A stretch of DNA of 63,783 nucleotides, filler included, from Octopus bimaculoides (lineage: Eukaryota), in assembly GCF_001194135.2 (NCBI RefSeq). It is 11 parts of 9 records of this genome, joined end to end, with 100 filler letters (N's around TTAATTAATTAA, not from the genome) between each part and the next. Parts side by side here need not be neighbours in the genome. Positions count along the whole stretch, not along the records: positions 50,154 to 54,385 come from NC_069008.1; positions 54,486 to 56,581 come from NW_026374463.1; positions 56,682 to 59,443 come from NC_068982.1; positions 59,544 to 62,628 come from NW_026303213.1; positions 62,729 to 63,783 come from NW_026349259.1; 6 more parts are not named here. One strand, written 5' to 3'. Positions 53,331-63,783 of this stretch are shown in pieces; within the stretch, counting starts at the first letter, position 1, and each line of letters begins with the position of its first letter. A program made the position numbers and the translations under genes. The notes under the pieces are model-generated. The model saw nothing but the letters and a program-made list of their open reading frames with translations, was not told the origin of the DNA and did no database searches.

Positions 53331-54485
53331 GACATACAAATACATATATATATATACATATATATAGACACTCACAAACACATATAAACACACACACATA
53401 CTTACATACAAGACAATCAATAAGAGACATTCAACATCTTTGGCAGATTTTGTATGGTAACTGATGAAGGATAAATGAAGTACAGCATAACTTGGTCCAT
53501 AGTAAAGCACACATAACCATCATCATCGTCGTCGTTTAATGTCCATTTTCCATGCTGGCATGGGTTGGATGGTTTGACTGAGGGACTGGCGAGCCAGAAG
53601 GCTGCACCAGGCTCCAATCTGATCTGGCAGAGTTTCTAGAGCCGGATGCCCTTCCTAACGCCAACCACTAGAGCTGTTGACAGAAATATAATTTCTAGGG
53701 GATGCTGTCTCTGCTCCGAGAATCCCTGCCTATTCTGTGAACTAACGAGAAGATCATTAACAGAATTTCTGAAAGACCCTCAAGATGCCTACACGCATAT
53801 AAATGTAATTTCGCAAATTGCAGTGCGAATGGATTTTGAAAGCAAGGATGACTTAAGTTTACTTTTAACCTCTCCATTCTTACAAACACCAATAAATAGC
53901 TAACTCACTTTGTGATCATGAGTTCACCAAACCGCATGCGTGTTTATGCTCACATTTTCGCAGACGCTTGTATGAGAGAGTATACACACACCATGCAGCT
54001 TGCCCGAGGGTGTTTATACATCCATATTTGTTAACGGTTATTTTTAATACTTTTCTCCTTGGATTGTGTATTCATTTATCATTTTTCCCCGTCTGTGATT
54101 TTATTTTTGATCTTCTATATAAACGAAGATATTTCCTCCGTCTGGCTGATTTTCTTTCTACAAAATGTGAAGTTACATTGCAGAACAGTAATTTTAATGA
54201 GTTGTGTTTATTTATCACCTGACGAGATATATCTGCACCGCTGGATGCTCCTGAACCACTGGGGGCTAAACATAGAGGGGACAAACAAGGACAGACAAAA
54301 GGATTAAGTTCATTACATCGACCCCCCAGTGCGTAACTGGTACTTAATTTATCAACCCCGAAAGGATGAAAAGCAAAGTCAATCTNNNNNNNNNNNNNNN
54401 NNNNNNNNNNNNNNNNNNNNNNNNNNNNNTTAATTAATTAANNNNNNNNNNNNNNNNNNNNNNNNNNNNNNNNNNNNNNNNNNNN

Positions 54486-54519
<34 letters not shown>

Positions 54520-54661
54520 GTGTGTGTGTGTGTAGGCAAAATCATGCATTAGATACATATATTCGGACCAGATTTACAGATTTCAATCAGACAGGTAATA
54601 CATACACGACCTCCAGACTCACACCCGCACCCACACATCAACATGTCAACACACGCATGCA

Positions 54662-54699
<38 letters not shown>

Positions 54700-54962
54700 A
54701 TCACGCGCACACACACACGCATTATATACGGTACAAGCAAAATCACCGATATGTCGACATATGCGCTTATACAAACGACGATGATGATGATGATGATGAT
54801 GGCGAGGAGAAAGAAGCGGAAGAGGAGGTGGAGGAGGAGTTCCGAAGATGATGATAATGTTGATGACGACGATGGGGAGGCAGAATAGGTTGCTATTTCC
54901 AAGAGACTTACCTATTGTGTCGTGGTCTCCCTGTTTGGCTCAGAAGTACATATATACATACA

Positions 54963-55805
54963 TAAGACGGTAGGGTGTGATTTGAGGGAGATTTAGCTGC
55001 TATTTCTAACAGACCTATCTACCACATAGAGCAGACGCTCATTGGCTCATACATACATATATATATACATACATAGGACAGTAGGGTGTGATTTGAGGGA
55101 GATTTAGCTGCTATTTCTACCAGCTCCAGGTACCATGTAGAGGTCTCCCACATTGGCTCATACATACATTAGACAGTAAGGTGTGATTTGAGGGAGATTT
55201 AGCTGCTATTTCTAACAGGCCTATCTACCACATAGAGCAGACCCCCATTGGCTCATACATGCAATTATACATTTATAAAGCAATAGGGTGTGATTTGGGA
55301 GAGATGTAGCTGCTCTTTCTACCAGGTCTAGCTACCATGTAGAGGTCTCCTTCATTGGCTCATACATTCATAAGACAGTAGGGTGTGATTTGAGGGATAT
55401 TTAGCTGCTATTTCTAACAGACCTATCTACCACGTAGAGCAGACCCCCATTGGCTCATACATGCAATTATACATTTCTAAGGCAATAGGGTGTGATTTAA
55501 GGGAAATGTAGCTGCTCTTTCTACCAGGTCTAGCTATCACGTATAGGTCTCCCTCATTGGCTCATACATACATATATACATAGATAAGAGAGTAGGGTGT
55601 GATTTGAAGGAGATTTGGCTACTGTTTCTAACAGACCTATCTACCACATAGAGCAGTCCCTCATTGGCTGATATACTCGTACATAAGACAGTACAGTATA
55701 TACTTATATACTCGTGCATAAGACAGTACAATATGAATTGAGGGTGATTTAGCTGCTATTTCTTTCATCCCCAGCTCTATTATTATAGAGGTCGTTTTCA
55801 TTGTC
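54963..55805 (+). repeat. tandem array of ~95-111-bp units with alternating A/B variants
   Basis: Unit starts at 54963, 55074, 55170, 55276, 55371, 55478 and 55585, plus a degenerate unit from 55684. Constant block TAGGGTGTGATTTGAGGGAGATTTAGCTGCTATTTCTA. Confidence 0.9.
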
Positions 55806-56191
55806 TGTTCCTAAAGAAAGTCTATATGGCTCTTGTCTCTACGTATTATGTACCATTGCTTACGTTTTCCTCGCTTATTTTAATTATATATATTTTTTTT
55901 AGGGAAAGGCGTCTGGATGAACAAAAAGAAAGGAAAAATTAAAAATACACAGTATATAAACAAATATCTAAATATTTAACAAATATACTATATACATATG
56001 TGTGTATATGTGTGTAGGAATGAATGGAGCATATCTGGGTCCAAATGGAATTTTCTGGCACAATCTGCAACCAGTTCGGGAAATTCTCCAAGTGAAGGTC
56101 AAGCGAGGTCGCTAGCGATAGACATAGATAGATATGGAGAGAGATAGAGATCTAGAGAGAGAGAGAGAGAGAGAGAGAGAGNNNNNNNNNN

Positions 56192-56250
<59 letters not shown>

Positions 56251-56502
56251 CATGCACATGGGAAAGAGATGGAGTGAACCGGATTTTTAAGGCATATAAA
56301 GAATTGTTGAATGTATGTGCACTTTGCTGAAGTTATGCACTTAAACGAAATGTGTGTGCACAGTTGCAGGCACACGTATGTATGAATATACATACATGTG
56401 CACATATGTACATACATATGTGCATATGTATCTATCTATCTATCTATCTATGTATATACATATATATATATTCATGTATATATGTATATATATATTCATG
56501 TA

Positions 56503-56581
<79 letters not shown>

Positions 56582-57043
56582 NNNNNNNNNNNNNNNNNNN
56601 NNNNNNNNNNNNNNNNNNNNNNNNNTTAATTAATTAANNNNNNNNNNNNNNNNNNNNNNNNNNNNNNNNNNNNNNNNNNNNTATGTATGTATGTATGTAT
56701 GTATGTATATGTATTTGTGCGGTTTGTTTGTCCCCACCCCACCATCGCTTGACACCTATGTTGGTGTGTTTACGTCCCCCATAACGTAGCGGTTCGGCAA
56801 AAAGGCCGATAGAATAAGTACTAGGCTTACAAAGAATAAGGCCCGGCGCCGATTCGTTCGGCTAAAAGTGGTGCTCCAGCATGGTCACTGTCAAATGACT
56901 GAAACAAGTAGAATAAAACACACACACACACACACACACATATNNNNNNNNNNNNNNNNNNNNNNNNNNNNNNNNNNNNNNNNNNNNNNNNNNNNNNNNN
57001 NNNNNNNNNNNNNNNNNNNNNNNNNNNNNNNNNNNNNNNNNNN

Positions 57044-57083
<40 letters not shown>

Positions 57084-57422
57084 TCTTTTATATGTCTATG
57101 TCCCAGTCATCGGAGTGCGGTTATGCTGGGGAAGAAGTCTCGCAGGGTCGATCTATGAAATTGACCCTAATTTGTTTCTTTTATTACATACCTCTAACTT
57201 ACGATGTATGTATGTATGTATGTATGTATGTATATTTGTATGTATGTATGTATGCATGCATGTGTGTATGTATGTATTATGTATTATGTATTATGTGTGT
57301 GTGTGTGTTTATGTATCCTATCTGACACACCCCTTTTTTATAACATTAGTGCTTAGGATCTGTCCCAGTTACACGCTATCAATTTTGTTCTACTCTCTAC
57401 CAGGCTCAGCACCCTAACTAAC

Positions 57423-57503
57423 CAACTAACGAAGGTACATTTGAGCGCTCTCTCGACCTGCTGAAAAAAGCAGCCAGATTTCCTGAAATTACTCCTAAGT
57501 TTC
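57423..57503 (-). CDS. candidate symmetric phase-1 exon (81 nt)
   Basis: Very strong acceptor TTTTTTTTTGGTTTTCCTTTCAG| and donor GTTG|GTTAGT. Open frame (G)NLGVISGNLAAFFSRSRERSNVPSLV. Confidence 0.25.
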
Positions 57504-59405
57504 CTGAAAGGAAAACCAAAAAAAAAGGTGGGTCGGGAGCACACATTAGATAACATGATCCTAGGTAATCAAAAATGTGATCAAAAAGGTAAGAAGGCCG
57601 TGCCTTGGGTATCTTTATACAAGGACTGATTGATCTGGATTTACCTGACTAAACAACACAACTACCTATGTCACTCGGCCTCTGTCTCGCTCTCTCCCTC
57701 TCTCTTTCTCTCACTTTCTCTCTTAGACACATCACACTCACACACACGGAGAGGTAGTTCCATCCACTTTGCGACTTCATATACTTAATATATTGTGCAT
57801 TGATCTGCACATGCTCACACACACTCACAAACACAAATACACACACACACACATTGACACACCTGCAATCTTGAGTAAATCTGCCTTCGAATCAGACATA
57901 ATAGGGTTTCATAACCAAAAGGGATGCATCAAATATGTACCAGTTACGCACTGGGGTCGATGTAATCGACTTAATCTCTTTGTCTGTCCTTGTTTGTTCC
58001 CTCTATGTTTAGCCCATTGTGGGCAATGAAGAAATAAGAACCGTTCGCACGCAGGGTGATATGCTTAGCGGCATTTCGTTCTGAGTTCGAATGCTGCTGA
58101 AGTTGACTTTGCCTTTCATCGTTTCCGGGTCGATAAAATAAGTACCAATCAAGTACTGGGGTCCATGTAATTGACTAGACCCTTCCCACAAAATTTCAGG
58201 GCTTGTGCCTATAATATGACAATAGATATTACTTACTCCGTTAAGGCAGCGAGTTGGCAGAATCGTTAACATGCCGGACAAAATACTTAGCGGCATTTCG
58301 TATGTCTTTACGTTCTGAGTGCAAAATCCGCCGAGGTCGACTTTGCCTTATGTCCTTCCGGGTTCTTTAAAATAAGCATCAGTCAATTACTGGGGATCGA
58401 TTACATCGACTTCTCACACCCTTCAACGACTGCTGACCCGGTGCCAAAATGTTAATCCGATATTACTCTGTCCTATAACAATGCATCAAACATTCATGGG
58501 GTCGAATGGATGTGTAGAACTGCTCAATTTCACAGCTAAACTCATGAACAGATTGACCAATGTTAGAGTATAGTTCTATAATATATTTATAATGCTGAAA
58601 CATGTACTGGACAAGGAAATGCCGGACAGACTCAAGCGTATTGATTTACACTCAAGGGCGTGCACGAAAATGCATGCAGACACACACTGGCGGCCAGGCA
58701 AGCTGACTCTCGTGAAAATTTCCTTGTCTTTGTCACCCCTTCCTTGACGCCTCGGGTCACTGTCCGACTGGCCGATATCTTGAGCCGGCCCTGCATTCAC
58801 ACACACAACAGGGCACGTAACGAAGCGGTGAAGGTGACGCACTCACGATTGCACGATCATGGTTTCGATTCCCGGACTGGGCGGTTCATGGTGCTCATGA
58901 GCAAAGCACTTCATTTCGTATTGCTCCAGTCCACTCAGCTGTAAATGAATAACCCCCATGACGGACTAGCATTCGGTTTAGGGATGGTGATGGCATGCCC
59001 CTCTTAGCCAGTGGTCAGGCATCGTTCCAAAGCTACAACAATGCGTGAAAGCGATATATAACAACATCCGAGAGTCTTGTCGATAGACTGATACACACAC
59101 ACACACACACACACACATGTTACGTATGTGCAATGCTTAAAATCAAAGTCCCATGATTGAAGCAGAGTGCATATAGCCTGCATGTATCCTTTCCCCAGCT
59201 GTCTCTCATACATCTTTGTATTATAAGCACAAGGTCTAAAATTTGCGGGGCTGGAGGAGACTTGTTGATTAAATCTCGAACCCAGTACTTGACTGGTTCT
59301 TATTTCATCGACTCCGAACGATGAAAGTCGACCTCGTTGGAATTTGAACTCAGAACGTAAAGACAGACGAAATACCGCTAAACATTTTGTCCGACGCGCT
59401 AACGG

Positions 59406-59443
<38 letters not shown>

Positions 59444-59564
59444 NNNNNNNNNNNNNNNNNNNNNNNNNNNNNNNNNNNNNNNNNNNNTTAATTAATTAAN
59501 NNNNNNNNNNNNNNNNNNNNNNNNNNNNNNNNNNNNNNNNNNNGAAAGCTCGGACAATGGTGCG

Positions 59565-60150
59565 TTGGAGATTTAGGGTGGTGGGATGGTAGGTGAAGGA
59601 AAAGGGAGGCGGGAGACGGCAGGGCGGGTTCAGGGGAGAGAACGTGCTCTGGCAAGGGCGGTGTGGATGGTGGTGAGGGGATATCCCCGTAGGATGAAGT
59701 GGCGAGCCATGAGTTGAGACTGAGTCTCAAAGTCTTGGTTGTCACTACAGAGCCTGTGTAGGCGGAGGAATTGGGAATAGGGGATGGAAAGCTTGGTGTG
59801 TTTAGGGTGGGAGGAGGAAAAGTTAAGACAAGAGTGTTAGTCTGTGTGTTTGTAGTGGATGGAGGTGGTAAGAGTGGAGTGATGAATGCTGACCGAAATG
59901 TCAAGAAAGGGGACAGAAGTGTCAGAGTTAGTGCAGGAGAAGTGGAGGGCAGGATGGAAGGATTTGGCAAAACAGGAAAGTCAAGATGTTCGCAGAAGAC
60001 TGAGGTGGCACCGATACACTCGTCAATATAACGGCCATATAGTTCGGGAGTAGGACCAGTGAAACTTGAGAATATTTGTGCCTCAACATAGCATAGCCAA
60101 TGAACATGTTCGCATAGTTGCGGCCCATTCTCATTCCCATGGCCACATAT
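59565..60150 (-). mobile_element. Penelope-like element reverse transcriptase relic
   Basis: With frameshifts: AMGMRMGRNYANMFIG / YVEAQIFSSFTGPTPELYGRYIDECIGATS / FLDISVSI..KLSIPYSQFLRLHRLCSD..LRGYP, which are PLE RT palm and thumb motifs (YIDD decayed to YIDE). Confidence 0.85.
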
Positions 60151-60154
60151 AATT

Positions 60155-60205
<51 letters not shown>

Positions 60206-60636
60206 GATATATATATTATTCTATTTTTTATATTCTCTGTTTATTTTCACATGTTCATTTCTTTTGAAGAGCATAGGCTCAAAACGTAAGAGACTTTCTC
60301 ACATTCCCGAGCATTAAACTAATACACCTGTTTGTTATTTATACATCTGTCTTCGTCTTATATATAATATGTATATTATATATATATACATATATAATAT
60401 ATTATCTATATACATATATGACATATCTATTATCTATATGCATATATAATATATATATTATCTATATACATATATAAAATATATATTATCTATATACATA
60501 TATAAAATATGTATATATATATATATATAGCATATCTATATACATATCTATATATTATATATATAGCATGGCCGCAGTTCTGAGCTGAAACTACAAAAAA
60601 AAAAAAATATATATTATGTATATATGTATATATATA

Positions 60637-60672
<36 letters not shown>

Positions 60673-61234
60673 NNNNNNNNNNNNNNNNNNNNNNNNNNNN
60701 NNNNNNNNNNNNNNNNNNNNNNNNNNNNNNNNNNNNNNNNNNNNNNNNNNNNNNNNNNNNNNNNNNNNNNNNNNNNNNNNNNNNNNNNNNNNNNNNNNNN
60801 NNNNNNNNNNNNNNNNNNNNNNNNNNNNNNNNNNNNNNNNNNNNNNNNNNNNNNNNNNNNNNNNNNNNNNNNNNNNNNNNNNNNNNNNNNNNNNNNNNNN
60901 NNNNNNNNNNNNNNNNNNNNNNNNNNNNNNNNNNNNNNNNNNNNNNNNNNNNNNNNNNNNNNNNNNNNNNNNNNNNNNNNNNNNNNNNNNNNNNNNNNNN
61001 NNNNNNNNNNNNNNNNNNNNNNNNNNNNNNNNNNNNNNNNNNNNNNNNNNNNNNNNNNNNNNNNNNNNNNNNNNNNNNNNNNNNNNNNNNNNNNNNNNNN
61101 NNNNNNNNNNNNNNNNNNNNNNNNNNNNNNNNNNNNNNNNNNNNNNNNNNNNNNNNNNNNNNNNNNNNNNNNNNNNNNNNNNNNNNNNNNNNNNNNNNAT
61201 ATATGTGTATACATATATATATATATATATATAT

Positions 61235-62078
61235 AACCATTTGACTCATGCCATCCTACGCACACGAGAATGAACATCCCTTTCTGTTTAGTCAAAAGGA
61301 TTTGCACCATAGTATCAGACACAAACACCCGACACACACATCTCCAGGAACTCAGAGCTACACTCAAAAATAGGAATTATCCACAACCCCTAATAGACAA
61401 TGCAATCCAGCGAAAACTTAAACTGAATATAGCAGACCTGAGACAACCAAAACCAAAAGGGGATGAAAAATTAAAAACCCTACCCTACATCTCTATACAC
61501 AGCCCACTTAACAACGAGGCCTTCAATACCATACTCCAAAACACATCCCTACTCAAGGGAGACCCAAGGATGAATCAAATCCTCCCAACGCACACCATCG
61601 TAAAAAATGACAGCCAAAATCCCTAAAGAAGATTTTAACACAGGCTAAACTGCACCCAATAATAACCACAAAAGCAACAGTCAAAAAGTGTGGAAGGCCA
61701 AACTGCAGGATTTGTTCCATCTTGGTAGAAGTTTCGGAATACACATTAGAACAAGGCCATCATTTCATCATCAGAAAAAAACTTCACCTGTGCATCAGCA
61801 AACCTAATTTATGTAATAACATGCGCAGGATGCAATAGGCAATATATAGGCCATGCAAAAAACAGCCTACGGAAAAGGATGGCATTACATAAATCCCAAA
61901 TTAGGAATCCTGAATACAGAAAAATACCTGTCAGCGACCACATGGACAGATGTACACTGAATAAAAATCCAAAGTTTACGACCTTCCCACTTTACCAATT
62001 CAATTACAACACAACTTTCACCCAACATCAAAACAAATAGCTTCATTTTATTAGAAAATTCGGGCTAAGTTTAAACAC
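61235..62078 (+). mobile_element. Penelope-like element C-terminus with GIY-YIG endonuclease
   Basis: NIPFCLVKRICTIVSD..LKNRNYP, KCGRPNCRIC, NLIYVITCAGCNRQYIG..SLRKRMALHKSQIR..PVSDH. A few frameshifts and stops. Confidence 0.9.
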
Positions 62079-62735
62079 CCTGAGTCAGTAACATTAAAAT
62101 CATATATTGGTTATCTTAAAAAGAAAAAAAGAATCCAACAACTCCACCACCACTGCCACAATAACTACTTCTACTGCAAACAGTGGTCCCTGCTACTACT
62201 ACTACTACTACTACTACTACTATGACCAACAGTCTCTACTATCACTGTTATTACAGTCACTACTATTACGACCAACAGTCGCTGCCACTACTGCTATTAC
62301 GGTCACTACTACTACTGCTATTTCGGTCACTACTACTACTGTTGCTGCCTCTGCTGCTGCTACTGCTGCTGCTTCCACCCCTACCACTACAACCAATTAA
62401 CTACTGCTACTGACACAGACAGAGGTCACTACCATTTACCATTACCAACACAGTCACTACTACTACTACAACCAACAAAAAATGCTCCCACGTGGACTAT
62501 TGACACCAGTAAGGAACAATTATGAACTTTTTGTTTAATTTCATTTTTTTAAATATATATTTTTGATAAGGTTCGTTTTTTCAAGAACAGAAACATGTTA
62601 AAAATATCTGACAAAATTATAAATTAAANNNNNNNNNNNNNNNNNNNNNNNNNNNNNNNNNNNNNNNNNNNNTTAATTAATTAANNNNNNNNNNNNNNNN
62701 NNNNNNNNNNNNNNNNNNNNNNNNNNNNCGATTGT

Positions 62736-63013
62736 TTAGTTTACAGCTCCATGAACTTTACTATGCCTTTTCAAGCGACATTTTGTTGTGCATACTTTCT
62801 GACAGAGTATGCATTCGAAATCATCTGTCCATCTATAATCAATGCACGGTTGTGCAATGCGTGATTTCATATGGCTCTTTACTAAGACAAATCTTTCCAC
62901 GTTCATCAGATCTAAGATCATCATGTTCATTAATGTTTGTTAGAACATCAATCCTGTCATGTTTTCACATCTTACCTTTGATCTTTACATGCTGCAGTCT
63001 CTTCCTTTCAAAT
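62736..63013 (-). mobile_element. RTE-like LINE ORF 3' end with two C2H2 zinc-finger relics
   Basis: FERKRLQHVKIK..LRSDERGKICLSK..SHMKSR (decayed finger) then FECILCQKVCTTKCRLKRHSKVH (intact finger) and a stop. Confidence 0.75.
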
Positions 63014-63783
63014 GCATATGATTGTGATATTCTCACTCATTCTGAGGACATGCAAATCTTATGAATCCAATTTTAATTGCTTGTGAGGCACTTGGCTTAA
63101 CCAAAAATCTAACCACAGCTGTTGTCATATTTCGGCCAGCACCGGGGCTGCCATATATCTTCGTGTATGCGAGAAAACTTGCTGTCCTTTCTAAGTGTGT
63201 TTACTTTGGGAGCACATTAAACACATCAGCGAATATTGATGAAGTGTAACTACACATTCAGAAAGCCAGTTTTACTTTTGGCAAACTGGAATACAGCTTA
63301 AGGTCTAAACATGGTAATTCCACTGCAGCAAAAATTAAGATATAAAATACATGTATCTTAACCTCTTTATTTAATGCATGCGAAACCTGGACTATGTATC
63401 GTAAGCACTTCAAACCTATGGGAGGTTTTCATCAACAATGTCTCAGAAGGATTTTGAGGATCAGGTGAAACATGTTTGTGAGTGACGATGAGGTGCTGGA
63501 AAGAGGGAAATGCTTCGGCGTTGAGGCTTTGCTATTGCGGTACAGATTGAGATGGAGTGGATACTTAGCACGACAGACAACAGAATGACTAAACAACATT
63601 TTCATGGAGAATTGATGACAGGTAAGTGTCCGTCCCATAAACCAAACATGAGGTATGAAGATTGCCAGAAGTCAGGATTGAATAAGAAAGATGTTTCAAT
63701 TGACAACTGGGAAGACTTAACGCATTGCCGAGAAAAATGGAAAAAAGTTGTGTATGAAGGCAAAAATGAATTTGAAAGGAAGA
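63014..63783 (+). mobile_element. RTE-like LINE RT domain C-terminal relic
   Basis: AYDCDILTHSEDMQ (FADD-like), VYFGSTL, ACETWTMY, FHQQCLRRILRIR, RYRLRWSGY, GELMTG and WKKVVYEGKNEFERK. Confidence 0.9.

Noticed and set aside
54963-55805. CRISPR-like array (constant block plus variable middle)
   Set aside because: The variable parts are two recurring homologous variants rather than unique spacers. The context is eukaryotic, no cas genes are present, and the monomer is a dispersed repeat.
62736-62930. Host C2H2 zinc-finger gene exon
   Set aside because: It is continuous with the LINE RT C-terminal peptide (FERKRL), has a stop and frameshift upstream, and lacks TGEKP linkers.

Overview
Eukaryotic, AT-rich, repeat-dominated draft-assembly sequence, most likely a cephalopod (Octopus-like). 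This is inferred from the extreme microsatellite density and the tRNA-derived SINE families, not from a database match. Roughly a tenth of the window is N. Ten identical 100-bp spacers (44 N + TTAATTAATTAA + 44 N) mark artificial joins, so long-range order is uncertain. No intact protein-coding gene is visible, and almost all ORF-track entries are microsatellite translations. The recognisable content is decayed mobile DNA: several Tc1/mariner relics and MITEs, hAT MITEs, at least four SINE families, RTE-, R4- and L1/Tx1-like LINE fragments, two Penelope-like fragments (RT and GIY-YIG) and Helitron-like 3' termini. The most interesting observations are: (i) an apparently intact minimal type I hammerhead ribozyme fused behind a Pol III B-box and an (AAT)n tract (50154-50355); (ii) an RTE LINE whose two halves abut in inverted orientation, with a C-terminus carrying two C2H2 fingers (62736-63783); (iii) an alternating A/B ~100-bp tandem array built from a dispersed motif that folds into a stem-loop with a compensatory change (54963-55805); (iv) long foldback hairpins (9505-9599, 44806-44905, 52005-52155); (v) a palindromic splice-signal cluster resembling a recursive splice site (10032-10069); (vi) weak candidate minus-strand exons, one with a GNAT acetyl-CoA-binding motif.
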